Shown piece by piece: positions 37,089 to 50,510 of a stretch of 64,000 bases of DNA. Origin of the DNA: Octopus bimaculoides (taxonomy: Eukaryota); assembly GCF_001194135.2 (NCBI RefSeq), contig NC_068984.1, forward strand, positions 66,669,158 to 66,733,157, written 5' to 3'. Position 1 is the first letter of the stretch. Each line of letters begins with the position of its first letter. The notes beneath the pieces were generated by a model. It saw nothing but the letters and a program-made list of their open reading frames with translations. It was not told the DNA's origin and searched no databases. The position numbers were made by a program, and so were the translations under genes.

Positions 37089-37427
37089 TAAGGGTAAAGG
37101 ATAAAGACCCCCTTCAGTTATGAATGACCTTGGGATTGCATCTAGAAGTTATCCTCTGAGGTACAAGTCCAAGCAAGAGTATTTATGGAAGACCAGCAGT
37201 TACCCATGCATACCAGCATCGCCTCTCCATGCCACCAATGTTATCTAAGGGAAAGCAAAGGCCAATACAGCTTGCTACTAGTGATTTCACAACTCATTTC
37301 TACAGCTGAGTGAACTGGAGCGATCAGAAATAAAGTATCTTGTTCAAGAACACAACACACAGCCCAGTCCAGGAATCAAACTCACTATTTCATGACTGTG
37401 AGCCCAATGCTGTAACCGCTGAACACA
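37089..37427 (-). mobile_element. Family E SINE with an alternative 3' tail
   Basis: Same tRNA head and core as the 27.3 kb copy, different tail ending in ...gaagggggtctttatcctttaccctta. Confidence 0.8.
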
Positions 37428-37869
37428 GAGGCCTACATCAAATGCATGGAGGAGGTAGTGCTGCCCTGGGTCAAGAGGGTAGCTGCTGGAAGACCTTATG
37501 TCTGGCAACAGGACTCTGCATCATGCCACACAAGCAGAAGAAATCTGTCATGGCTGTCCGACAATTTCTGCGACCACAGTTAAGCGAGAGACTAGCAAAA
37601 CTCCTTGTAACACCAAAGATGAACTGAAAATAAGGATTATGGCAGCGTTCACCAACTTAAACAAGGAGACCATCCAGAAGATTTGCAGGAGATTCGGAAG
37701 TCGTCTGGAGGTCGTGGTTGAAGCCAGTGGTGATTTCATTGAATAAATTTACTCTTTAGTATTTCAAGATATTTTTATGCAATTTTGGTAAATATATCTG
37801 TTAAAATGAGATGTCAATGTTATTTTCATTTTTGCATAATTTCGATGACAGTTTATTCACCACACTCTG
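37428..37869 (+). mobile_element. DD37D (maT) transposon 3' relic with right end
   Basis: EAYIKCMEEVVLPWVKRVAAGRPYVWQQDSASCHTSRRNLSWLSDNFCDH//VKRETSKTPCNTKDELKIRIMAAFTNLNKETIQKICRRFGSRLEVVVEASGDFIE*; ends ..caccacactctg followed by TA. Confidence 0.88.
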
Positions 37870-37871
37870 TA

Positions 37872-37943
<72 letters not shown>

Positions 37944-38911
37944 TCCACCACCACTGATTGACAAGCTGGTACTTATTTTATCACTCTCTTTTACTACTTA
38001 GTAAGTTCGGCAAAAAGGACCAATAAATTAACATCAGGTGTTTAAAATTTGTAAAGTTGGTGCACCAGCATGGCTACAGACTAATGACTGAAACGAGATA
38101 AAAGAGACAGTATATCTCTAATGTTTTGTGTCAAAACATTTCATAAATGTCTTCCGAGAGGTCAGATATTTATGAAGTTGAATGAGTTAACATCAGTTAA
38201 TCTAACAGCAGCCATACATTAAGATGTTCATATATTAAAATGGGTTCTGGAATTTTTCTATTTTCTTTTTTCTATTTCTCTCTAAGTTGTCTATGTGTGT
38301 GGTGTTTATGGTATATATGATCTGTATTGGTGATATTTTTCTAATAGTTGTTGTTGCCGAAAGCATCTATAATTAATTGTGAGAATTGGCAAGCAGTGTG
38401 ATAGTTAAATGTAGAGGTCAATATATACATTCTGTTCTAGTGTCAAAAATAACAGAACTGCTGAGATGACAGGCTGTCAAACTACAAGTTGAGAGGTCAA
38501 TGTTCATTTGGCTTATAATCACATTACCATTGTTGTATTGAGTCCACACTCCACTATGTCCATATACACTCAGTCAACTTAGCCAGGAAAAGGTACTGTA
38601 GAATAGAAAGTGGTGGTAGTACTGCAGTACATAGGTGTATTATGTTATCTTTCTCCCATTTGGTACAATTCAGTATTTCTAATGATCCTATTTGAAGAAA
38701 ACTACTTTTTGCTCTTTTTTGTACCAGTATCTGCCTTCTTTGCCAATATTCATCAATTTAATGAAAAATAGACACAAACATAATAAATATATACATGCAT
38801 ACATATGTAACTGTGTATGTATGTGTGTGTGTGTATGTATATATATATATATATATATGTGTGTATATATGTGTATATATATATATGTGTGTGTATATAT
38901 ATATATATATG

Positions 38912-38952
<41 letters not shown>

Positions 38953-39077
38953 GTATGTATAAATACAAATTTATATAAAGAAATATATATGATGACTGAA
39001 CAAAAACAAGATAAAAAAAACACCAGAGGGACATGTTTTCATGAAGGTGTTATTAGTTTGACACCTGCAAAGGAAAA

Positions 39078-39125
39078 GGCTCTTTGACATTTTAGACATA
39101 GAGTCCTTCATCAGAAAAAGAGGTA
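39078..39125 (-). ncRNA. Decayed minimal type I hammerhead ribozyme-like motif (Penelope-like), probably inactive
   Basis: Reverse complement ctctttttCTGATGAaggactctatgtctAAAAtgtcaaagag reverts to CTGATGA-aGGAC(tctat)GTCC-GAAACGTC through CpG-type transitions; flanks can pair as stem I. Confidence 0.45.
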
Positions 39126-39485
39126 AAAGAGAAGAGTGCTGGAAAGGAGGGAAGAGAAGGATGTTTGGGGCTAGTGGGAATGCAGTTCTAGGAGGAGGAA
39201 TTAAAACAAGAAGCAGAAGCAAGGTATTGTGCATATATAAAAGAGAGGTATCTGTGTAAGGAGATGAGTATGGTGGATGTGAACAGTTGTTGGTTGGGGT
39301 GAAAGGGAGATGTGGGAGCAGAGAAAGGGGGAAAACAATGGATAAAACAGTGTAGATGAGACTAAAAATTAAAGCAGGTACAAGTTTAGGAAAAGTTGCA
39401 AAGTTGATAAAGGTGGAAGATAATAAGGGGAAACAATATATATGCTCATATGTGTATGTATGTATGTATATATGTATGTGTATGT

Positions 39486-39870
39486 GGAGGCACAATGGCC
39501 CAGTGGTTAGGGCAGCAGACTCGCAGTCATAGGATCGCGGTTTCGATTCCCTGACCGAGCGTTGTGAGTGTTTATTGAGCGAAAAACACCTAAAGCCCCA
39601 TGAGGCTCCGGCTGGGGATGGTGGCGAACCCTGTTGTACTCGTTCACCACAACTTTCTCTCACTCTTACTTCCTCTTTCTGCTGTGCCTGTAATTCAAAG
39701 GGTCAGCCTTGTCACACTGTGTCACGCTGAACATCCCCAAGAACTATGTTAAGGGTACATGTATCTGTGGAGTGCTCAGCCACTTGCACATTAATTTCAC
39801 GAGCAGGCTGTTCCGTTGATCGGATCAACTGGAACCCTCGACGTCGTAAGCGATGGAGTGCCAACAACAA
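39486..39870 (+). mobile_element. Family D SINE, full length
   Basis: ggaggcacaatggcccagtggttagggcagcagacTCGcagtc...ggtttcgattccc (A and B boxes, TCG at the anticodon position); (caa)n tail; second copy at 4.4 kb. Confidence 0.9.
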
Positions 39871-39991
39871 TCATGTTTAATATGTGTTAAAAGTCTATAT
39901 ATTTTAAATTTTATTTATAATTTTATAGTCTTTATAATTTTTTTAATAATTCTATTTTCATGCCTGTTGGATCCCACTTATCCGTTCACAG

Positions 39992-40116
39992 CAGCTATTC
40001 CTTCATTTTGGCTGCAATCATTTTCTCTACTTCTATCCTCAGGATGGAGTAATAGTTTAGCTGAACTTAAAGAATGCATTCAAACATTTGAAGCACATGT
40101 TGAAAATTTTCAATAA
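39992..40116 (+). CDS. Candidate terminal exon (A)AIPSFWLQSFSLLLSSGWSNSLAELKECIQTFEAHVENFQ*, with an alternative start at 40043; unverified
   Basis: Two in-frame phase-1 acceptors (ccgttcacAG and ttttctctacttctatcctcAG), single open frame, AATAAA overlapping the stop. Confidence 0.25.
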
Positions 40117-40244
40117 AGTTTTAACATAAGATTTATAAATTTATTTGTTGTGGCATCATAATAAAGTATTAAACAAAACTCTGTCACTATTTCTAAAAAA
40201 AATTTCCCAATTTCATTGAAATATATAATTAATTCTGGGACACA

Positions 40245-40410
40245 TCATCATCATCATCATCATCGTTTAACGTCCGCTTTCCATGCTAGCATGGGTTGGA
40301 CGATTTGACTGAGGACTGGTGCAACCGGATGGCTACACCAGGCTCCAATCTAATTTGGCAGAGTGTCTACAGCTGGATGCCCTTCCTAACGCCAACCACT
40401 CAGAGAGTGT
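40245..40410 (-). mobile_element. Family B element, well conserved
   Basis: Closely similar to 34020-34196. Confidence 0.9.
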
Positions 40411-40421
40411 AGAACACCTTG

Positions 40422-40484
<63 letters not shown>

Positions 40485-41985
40485 CAGTAATCTGCAGTTT
40501 CTATGTATCACATTTCTTTCTCTTGGTCAACCTAAGGTTATGGTCAAGGATACTTGCCCATGGGTCTTCCCAGTTCCACATGGTTTTGAAACAAGTTTCT
40601 GACCCATCTAGCCACGCTTGCAACTAGATTTGAAATACTGAATTACACTTGCTATGCTCTTTGAAAGTTCACATAGCAAAATGATGGTTCTAGAAGATTT
40701 TAGTTCAAAGAAACATTTATTAGGCTTCAGAAATGTAGCATTCTAACTCGTTCCTATAAACTGAATATTATTAAAAGTGTTTAAAGAACTTTGTAAGTAC
40801 TGTGATACCCTAGAAGACAGTAATTTCAAGTGTATGAAATTGGTAATAGAAGAGGAGTTATTCAGTTTCATGTTGGATCTTTCAAAATTAACTGCAAGTG
40901 AAATGCTATTAAAATATTATTTTCGAATACTATTGGTTAGGTCTTTTGCAAGTGGTTACTGTGACTCTGGGCAGGCTTACTGATTGGTTCTAAGTTATGA
41001 GTGGATTTCAACCTTCACACATCATATCATTATGATGAATAGATTGAAGGAAAGTGAAGTTAATTGATGAACCACTATTTCAATCCATAGCCACTGATAG
41101 CATTCAAATCCACATTTAGGTCAGCTGACAAGTGTACCTTAATTGCTAAGTTGGTGAAAGAATATTCTAGTATAGAAAGTAACTTAATTATCACTGAAAT
41201 TTAAAGGAATTCTATCTAAAATTCCATTTTGTAATTCAGAATGGTCCTTTGATGTTTTATCAATCTCAGCTTGCGATGTAATAATAAATCTAAAAAAAAA
41301 AAAAGTATGAAATCATTACCATGTAATTTACCATTGTACAATTGTGGAACCAGTTTGAAATATCTTTTTGAACATACAAGAGCAGATTTATTCTAATTTT
41401 ATTTATTTATTTCTCCATTTTAGTTTTAAAAATATTTTTCAGTAGCAAATTGAGGTTATTTGCTATGTGGAGGAAACAAGCATTTATTTCTTGTAAAGTT
41501 CATTTCATTGAAGTAGCTCTCTTGTCGGTGATGAAATTCATTTTGATATTCCCTTTTGCAATTCTATTGCTTGTCTTCTGATAAAATTTTTAGTAATTGT
41601 TCAGAAGTATTGAATATCTAGTTTTATATAATTTGGGAAAAAGTGAAAAGGTGGGGAGGGAGACAATATCTTCCAATCATAGAACTTGAACTCTCAAATC
41701 CTATATTTGTTCAAGAATAATGATTGTGAACTATAGTTTCTATTCATTTTTATAAATATCAATAATAGAATAAAGCTTCATTCTTCAAATTGTAAGATTA
41801 AGTGAAAATAATTGAAAATCCTATGTTACATAATAGTAGCAGTTCCAATAGTCAAAAACTAATCATTGTGGATAACTAACGTCATTAGACAAACACAAAT
41901 GTGAAGTAAGAATGATACATATGCATAGACACACGAACATACACACACTCATACATGCATGCACACACACACACACACTTACACA

Positions 41986-42028
<43 letters not shown>

Positions 42029-42798
42029 TCACTCACTCACTCACTCACACAAACACACATATGGATGGATTTTTGACAATTTGAAAGAAAAATGAAATTT
42101 CCAGTTTCAGTGGAAATACCTAATTATAGAGTCAATAACAATATTTCACAAATACTGGTACTCTTAATATAATCTTCAGATATACTCAGAGTCGCACCAT
42201 GTGTGACATAACTAGACCATTGAGTTACAGATGCATTCCATCAAATGGCATTTTACACAGCTTTTGATTCCTAGGGTTTGTACAAATCCAAAACTAGAGT
42301 AAAAGACATTTGCTAAAGGTACCATGAGGTGGAAGCAAATTTGGAACCTTTGTATTGAGTTGATTTCTTAGCCACTTTGCTAAAATATATAAACATAAAA
42401 AAAAACAAAAAAAACAAAACAAATGGCATTGCCCCAGTATGACTAACTTTTGAGCTGTAACTAGTCACAGAGTAAAAGAGTAAACAAAACCATAGCTGTC
42501 AGATACAAGCAAGTATGACTTGACTGCAGATACCATAGTTTCACATTGTTTCAGGTGCTCATGTGATTGTGAAAAGGGACAGAGATCTGTTTTCCCCACC
42601 ACTCCCACTCTTGATCCAGTGAAGCATTCAGATGTGAGAAAGAAAGAGAAGACACAGAATGAAATGATTACACATGGGTGTTTGGATGCTAGTGACTGTG
42701 TATGGCTGACTGGACATTGAATATGTTTTGGCAAAAGTATTTTTTGACAATGGAGAAAAATATGGACATGCACAGAAATATATACACATACAGATAAA

Positions 42799-42865
<67 letters not shown>

Positions 42866-42883
42866 NNNNNNNNNNNNNNNNNN
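42866..42883. other. Assembly gap (N) inside (TA)n
   Basis: Run of N. Confidence 1.
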
Positions 42884-43141
42884 TTATATATATATGTATA
42901 TATATATATATTATATATATATGTATATATAAAAATATAAAAGATCAGGATTCAAGTGAACTAGACACAACAAACAGGAAGGTTCACAGAATCATGAAGG
43001 TGCATATGCTGTTGATCTCTGAATGTTTCTAAATATTGTGCTTCATATAAACGGCTTTATCTAATGATATAATGTATTCATTAATCAATTAAAAATTTGT
43101 TGGAAACAGCTGTAGTGTATTGACACAGTATCCATCTGTTG

Positions 43142-43173
<32 letters not shown>

Positions 43174-43367
43174 TGTCAGATGGGACCTTGATGACTGCCA
43201 TGAGGCAGGAAAGTATACTAGTCCTTATATATTTTATACTCTATATTTAATACTCAATATTTCATATAAATAAAACATAAAACACAGACAGAGTTGGAAC
43301 TCTTTTAAATAATATATTCTTCTATACACGATCATACAAAGCCCTTTTTTATATTTTTTTATTTTTA

Positions 43368-43405
<38 letters not shown>

Positions 43406-43528
43406 TCCATACACTTTATAAGATTTTTTAGGAAACTATCCCACAAATGCAAGTATTGAACACAATTGACATAAATACACATGTCTTCATATGCATTTAG
43501 CAAAATATGCTCATACACATAAACAGTC

Positions 43529-43572
<44 letters not shown>

Positions 43573-43867
43573 TACAATTTATGTCTATGTGTCTATATAT
43601 ATATGGACATTATAAAACAGTAAAATCATAACACAGGATTAACATGTGCTCACGCACAAATACTAAGTGTATCTATTTGTATGTATGTATATATACATGC
43701 ACATTTGTGTACAGGAGCAGACATGCATTATTATGGATGTAATATATGTAATACACGTGTGTATCTTGGTACAAGTGTATGTAGTTATTAATATTTTCAG
43801 CACAGCATCTTCAGATTAATATAAAATTGTTTCTGTTATATTTGAACATAAAACCATGAATATATAC

Positions 43868-43900
<33 letters not shown>

Positions 43901-43952
43901 TGTATGTATGTATGTGTGTGTGTATGTATGTTCTCTCTGCTCTGTTCATTAG

Positions 43953-44014
43953 CCACCAACGGAGCCGCAAATGCAAAATATAAGTTAGTTCTAGAGCGCA
44001 CAATGTTCCTGAAG
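43953..44014 (+). CDS. Candidate 62-nt exon (A)TNGAANAKYKLVLERTMFLK, unverified
   Basis: ttctctctgctctgttcattAG acceptor, AAG/GTtggc donor, CpG-retaining. Confidence 0.18.
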
Positions 44015-44273
44015 GTTGGCAATGGTCTTCCTCAGTCATAAATATATATACACACTATGTAGTATATATATATGCTTCATTTCACATTGCTCCTGCCCAC
44101 TCAACTGTAAATGAACTGCCATTGCCTTCAGAGGAAATATTGACTTGTCTGGCTTACCAATGGGGTGGCATCATTCAAAAACAACAAGAATGTGAAGAAG
44201 TGCATTGTGACCAGCGATGTATAACAATATCAGACTGTCAGTACACTGATGTCTACCTGTCTATCTGTCTGTG

Positions 44274-44319
<46 letters not shown>

Positions 44320-45619
44320 ATATAAATAGATAGATAGATAGATAGATAGATATATATAGAGAGAAACAAATAGGTTTAGATATTGATATAAATATTTTAT
44401 TTTCTACACACATATACCCTTACACACACACACAGTTTACGAGCAGTCTCCGCACTTGTGCGTTACATACCCTGAATAGCTGATCACCAAGAAAGCTGTT
44501 AACAATCAATGAGTACTGTTTTAATCTTTTAATGTTAACTAAATTACCTGTGCTATTAACTTCTGTATCAAACTGTGTTCAATAAAACTACATTTCAATG
44601 CCATGTACCACACTACTGTACATGATAAGAAAGAAATTCTTATCTTTTCTTATGAGATGGAACAACACAAGAAGAAATATTATGACAAATAAATACAAAG
44701 TAGAGAATTTCTCTATTGATAATTGTAGACTTTTCTGATGTTTACTTGGAAATTCTCTCTTATATCTAGACATTGTCATAAATGATCAGGTTTTGAAGTA
44801 TTGATATAATTTTGTAGCTTAACTTGTAGTTTTGTTGTTTATTTATTCATAATAAAAATCAATAAATTTTCATTTACATGAAATTTAAAATTCTCTTAAA
44901 CAAACAAAAAATTAAATTAAAAGACAAAGTCTGGAGATAGTGGGCTTTTGTTGCAATGTTGTAAAATTTGAATATCCATGCTGTTAAAAAAAAAAAAAAA
45001 AAAAAAAGATAAAAAGATAAATAAATAAATAAATGAATGAAAATAAATAAAAGACTGCTATCTGTGGTGAGTTGATGCAAAATTGGAAATGTGCTGGAAA
45101 AAAAAAACAAAAAAAAAACTTGTGATACATAAATAGAAACATAAAAACAGACACACACTTGCCATTTTTATTTATATTAATGATCAACTTGTTACTCCCC
45201 TTTATGATATGAGATCAAATCCCTTCAAGGCCCAATTCACTCTCATCCTTCTGAAACCGATAAAATATCAATCAGTTAATAACTACTGGTGGGGTTGATG
45301 TCAGTGACTGCACCCTGAAAGGTGGTAGCTCAGCATGGCTATAACCTGATGACAGAAACTAGTAGCTTTTTGATTTCTGTTCCTTGGAGGTACAAAATTT
45401 CACCTTTTTTCTTAGCGTGTTGTTTTTTCATAAATGGTGTTTTTAATCATAAATTTTCAGAAATTCTGACAAAAGAATCAGTGTGTTACGTTCTTGAAAG
45501 ATCTTATACAGTGTTTGAAGATTTATGTTATTTAATTATATTCCATAAAAACATTTAAGATTTTCATAGTTTTTCTCATCGGCATAATGGAGTTGGATTT
45601 TTTTTTCTGCTATATTTTA

Positions 45620-46000
45620 ACCTTTACTTGTTTCTCTCATTCAATTGTAGCCATACTGGAGCGCTGCCTTGAAGAATTTTTAGTCAAATGAATTGTTCAC
45701 AGTACTGTATTTTTTCCTTTAAAGCCTGGTATTTATTCTTCTTTGCTGATCCGTTAAGTTATGAGGATGTAAATACCTGAACATTGATTGTCAAGCGGTG
45801 TTGGAAAACAAACACACATACACACACACACACCTGTACTGCAGGCTTCTTTCAGTTTCTCTCTACCAAATCCACTCACAAGGCTTCGGTCACCCTGAGG
45901 CTATAGTAGAAGACATTTGCCCAAGGTGCCACACAGTGGGATTGAATCTGGAACCATGTTGTTGGAAAGCAAGCTTCTTACCACACAGTTATGCCTGCAC
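45620..46000 (-). mobile_element. Family A SINE, full length
   Basis: All modules present as reverse complement. Confidence 0.85.
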
Positions 46001-46038
46001 CATTGCTCAGTTTTATTTAATATTATGCAATTTACTAC

Positions 46039-46247
46039 GGTGATGAGCTGGCAGAATAATTAGCATAATGGGCAAAATGTTTAGCAGCATCCATCTTTGT
46101 GTTCTGAGTTCAAATTCCTCTGGGGTCAGCTTTACTTTTCACCCTTTTGGAGTCGATAAAATAAGTAACCTGTTTATCATTGTGGTCAATGTAATTGAGT
46201 TACATCTCGCCTTAAACTTGTTAGCTTTGAGCTGAAATTTGAAACCG
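46039..46247 (+). mobile_element. Family C SINE with TSD
   Basis: 19-bp TSD atattatgcaatttactac (46020-46038) and atattatgcaaattactgc (46248-46266). Confidence 0.85.
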
Positions 46248-46770
46248 ATATTATGCAAATTACTGCTGACCAAACATCTTATATAAATCTCTTTCAATGT
46301 TAAAACTATTATCCACTGATAAAGCAAGTTCCTCTTGACTATGATCCCCTGACAAAGTCTGAGACCAAAATGCTGTCACCATTTTGTGGCAATATCTTTT
46401 TAGTCAGGTGGGGTGGTAGTGCCCTTAGCCCTTCACAAGGCCTCTAAGACTCATGGGGAGAGGCAGAAGGATATCCTGAAACCAGAGATTGGATCCAAAT
46501 GTCTGCGATTGAATAGATTTCCTTAAAGGCATTGGGAGGTGCTAGGAGATGGTATTAAACTAGGCAACTGATTAAATCTAACACCCAAGTAAACTATGGT
46601 TGGATTTGAACTCAGAATATACAGAACCAGAACAAATAGTGTGAAGTATCATATCCTACATTCTTGCAGCTCCACCATTCCACCACCCTTGATTGGTTCA
46701 TTTTCAGTCAACACCAAAAAGAGTGAAAGGCAACATTAACAAAGATCAGATTTACCTTACTTCTATGTAT

Positions 46771-47164
46771 GCAGGAGTGGCTGTGTTGTAAGTAGCTTGC
46801 TTACCAACCACATGGTTCTGGGTTCAGTCCGACGGCATGGTACCTTGGGCAAGTATCTTCTATTATAGCCTCGGGCTGACCAAAGCCTTGTGAGTGGATT
46901 TAGTAGACGGAAACTGAAAAAAGCCCATCATATATATGTATATGTATATATATGTTTGTGTGTCTGCACTTGTCCCCGCAACATTGCTTGACAACTGATG
47001 CTGGTGTGTTTACATCCCCGTAACTTAGCGGTTCGGCAAAAGAGACCGATAGAATAAGTACTAGGCTTACAAAGAAGAAGTCCTGGGGTCAATTTGCTCG
47101 ACTAAAGGTGGTGCTCCAGCATAACTCCAGTCAAATGACTGGAACAAGTAAAAGAGTAAAAGAG
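46771..47164 (+). mobile_element. Family A SINE, full length, young
   Basis: Close to the 1139-1568 copy, CpGs retained. Confidence 0.92.
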
Positions 47165-47180
47165 TATTTGTTAATTAATT

Positions 47181-47400
47181 AAGGCAGCAAGCTGGCAGAA
47201 TCATTAGCATGTTGGGTGAAGTGTTTAGCAGCATTTTGTCTATCTTCTTGTCCTAAGTTCAAATTCTGCTGAGGTTCACTTTGTCTTTCATCCTTTTGGG
47301 GTCAATAAAATAAAGTAGCAGTTGAGTATTGGGACCGATGTAATTGACTTACTCACTCCCCCCACCAAATTGCTGGCCTTGTGCCAAGATTTGAAACCAC
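47181..47400 (+). mobile_element. Family C SINE with perfect TSD
   Basis: 16-bp TSD tatttgttaattaatt at 47165-47180 and 47401-47416. Confidence 0.9.
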
Positions 47401-47517
47401 TATTTGTTAATTAATTGTTAATATCTTTAATTTACCACCCATACTTAATTTGTATGGTGCTAGTGATTCTTGCTAGGTTTTTATTTTCCTTCTACAACTG
47501 CAAGTCGCATTTCAATT

Positions 47518-47921
47518 CTTTACTCTTTTACTTGTTTCAGTCATTTGACTGCAGCCATGCTGGAGCACCGCCTTTAGTCGAGCAAATCGACCCCAGGACT
47601 TATTCTTTGTAAGCCTAGTACTTATTCTATCGGTCTCTTTTTGTCGAACTGCTAATTTACAGTGGCGTAAACACACCAGCATCGGTTGTCAAGGGATGTT
47701 GGGGGACAAACACAGATACACAAACACACACACATAAATATATACATATACATATATATGATGGGCTTCTTTCAGTTTCTGTCTACCAAATCCACTCACA
47801 AGGCTTTGGTCGGCCTGAGGCTATAGTAGAAGACACTTGCCCAAAGTGCCATTCAGTGGGACTGAACCTGGAACCATGTGGTTGGTAAGCAAGTGACTTA
47901 CCACACAGCCACTCCTGCGCC
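47518..47921 (-). mobile_element. Family A SINE, full length, young
   Basis: Reverse complement of 46771-47164, including the internal tract. Confidence 0.92.
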
Positions 47922-48054
47922 TAAGAATTTTTCACTTACATCATTCAGTACATCTGGATTTATCGTAATCTATGTCATTAGCTTAGTTGAGCTATTATCC
48001 TTTAGCCTAATTTTACTCTGTATATATGTACATGAATACACACACACACATCTA

Positions 48055-48101
<47 letters not shown>

Positions 48102-48130
48102 ATGTGTGTGTGTATATATGAGTATATATG

Positions 48131-48222
<92 letters not shown>

Positions 48223-49009
48223 TACATGCACATGTGTTTATGTGTATGTGTCTGTACGAGCAAACTGTATAATTACTGATGTTTCTAATATAGTTTATAT
48301 GTATGTTTGTTTTTATTAAAAAAAAACAAGCTAACACTTGCTATTAAGAATTAATCATCAAGCATTCATTTAAAATTAATTTTGTCATGTTAAATAAAAT
48401 TAATAATAATAAATTTGTAATAAGACATGAAAATGTTGCGAGGCAAACAAAATCATGTAACATGCAATGCTTATGGCATTGAAAATATGAAGTCATGATT
48501 CAGTGATTAACTTCAATCTACCTCTTAGGAGAATAGAGACACATTTAGGAAAACATGAGCTGTAGGATATATGGATATATCTAAAGGGAAACTTATGATA
48601 CTTTCATTTTAGACATGTGAATTTCAGTGGAACATGGGAGGTGATATATTAATTCTCATTAATTATGTACAAGTAATTAAAGTTATTTTTGTGTGTAATT
48701 AATATCTTTGTTGAGTTTCCATTAAGATAAATGAAGTTCTGAGATAGTATGTGTATAAAGATTAATGTATCATATTTAAAATCTAAATAAAAGAGGCTGA
48801 ATTGCTGTGCAAGTCCTCTTTTCACTGCACTCTTTGAACGCCTTGAGTTGAAAATGTGTCTAAGTATATATCTTGACAATGGAAGTTATTATAAAACTAT
48901 AATTAGACATATCATTCTTGCTTTGATTTTCAAAAATTCAAGCACAAAATTGCAGGTAATTTAAATTGCCTTAATACAGTGGAGACAAAGTATATCTGGG
49001 ATCATTTTC

Positions 49010-49390
49010 ATTATTTTAACAGCCGCTTTTCCATTCTAACATGGGTTGGACAGAGTTTATGGAGGCAGATTTTCAATGGCCAGATGCCTTTCCCATTACC
49101 AACCCTTATCTGTTTCCAAGCAATGTAAAATTTCTCCATGAGCAAGCCTATTCTCCCAGAAAATTGGAAATGAATGGCATTGTTTGCATGATTGTGTGAA
49201 GAAAAGAGGACACACACACACAAACACAACAGGCTTTTTACAGTTGCTGTCTATCAAATTTGTTCATAAGGCTTCGTCAGCCTAGAAGACACTCCTCCAA
49301 AGTGCCTTGCAAAAGTGCCTTGCAGTGGTATTGAACCCAGAACCAGGTGGTTGAGAAAGAAGCTTCTTAACTACAAAGCCATGCTTGTGT
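49010..49390 (-). mobile_element. Family H element (49010-49200) followed by a family A 5' half (49220-49390)
   Basis: ccgcttttccattctaacatgggttggac.. and gtggtattgaacccagaacc.. motifs. Confidence 0.7.
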
Positions 49391-49703
49391 ATGGGATGTG
49401 TCATTGTGATAATTTGCCCTTTTGTTATCTTTTGTTTTTTTATATATTATACTAGCACTAACTTTTTACATTTATACTTCCATACTGTATATTATCGTAT
49501 TAATTTTTAATGTCCAATTTATAAATTTGACTTTAAAATTTTTTTAAATTAATATTTCTATGATTTATTTATGTAATGTATTATTTAATTTAAATTTTAG
49601 ATTAAAATCTTAGATACATTAAGATGGTATGTGCCTCACAGCATGGATTTGTATGGGTTCTGAGTTGACTGAGTTGCAGAGTGGTGGTTCATCTCTAAAT
49701 TAG

Positions 49704-49760
<57 letters not shown>

Positions 49761-50179
49761 TAGGAAACCCGGTGTAATATTATACCGATTTTTGCCTGTA
49801 AGGTTGGAATATATTTTTATTCCCTAATATTATTACTATATTGCTTTTATATATTTTATAAGCCCATTTATATTTACTATTGATCAGTTCCCTTACTAAT
49901 TACAAGCGAACACCTTTACAATTATTTACCATTGACTACCCCCATACCTATCCAGTCTATGCCAGCATAAAAAGTGGATGTAAATTATAATGATGGCATT
50001 TTGTCCTCTATTGATTATTATCCCATCAATAGAACATAGCGAAACTATCTATTTCTATCCCTTACTTACTCTTCCCTCCAGCACACTTACAACCTTCACC
50101 CACCATTCTTGATTTTGCTTCTGTCACCATTCACTCTTCTGTCCACCTTCTTCAACTCATCACCTTTATGGCATGATCT

Positions 50180-50510
50180 CTGTGCTTGGGGTCATGATAA
50201 AATGCATTCAATACACTGTAATATGGTTGGTGGAGAAGCAGGAACAATGTCCGGATGAGAAGACTCTTTAGTCTTTTCTAAGATACAGTAACCTCTCTAA
50301 TGCTGGTGCTTTGATAAAATGCAGCAAATATGCTCTGTAAAGAGGCTAGTGATAGAAGGGCATCCAGCCATAGAAATAGAAATGTATGAACAAAATGTGG
50401 TCCTTTAGCATGTCTCTGAGGGCAGTAACTTCAAATAAGAACTTGGATAATGAATACCTGTCCAGCCAAAGCTAGCATGGAAACCTTGGATAAATAATGA
50501 TGATGATTTT
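50180..50510 (+). mobile_element. Family B-like element, diverged
   Basis: tagaagggcatccagccatagaaa...ccagccaaagctagcatggaaac...(atg)n. Confidence 0.6.

Noticed and set aside
39486-39560. tRNA-Arg-like sequence (also near 4376 and in the heads of families A, C and E)
   Set aside because: No complete cloverleaf, and it continues into a SINE body shared by other copies; treated as a SINE head
41528-41581. Box C (GTGATGA) and box D (CTGA) snoRNA-like pair
   Set aside because: Only 54 nt, no terminal stem and no recognisable rRNA antisense guide
44140-44195. LPMGW, resembling a WW domain start
   Set aside because: The following residues do not fit a WW domain and the frame closes
48613-48652. 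NFSGTWE, resembling the FABP/lipocalin motif
   Set aside because: No start codon or further homology and a stop three codons later; expected by chance
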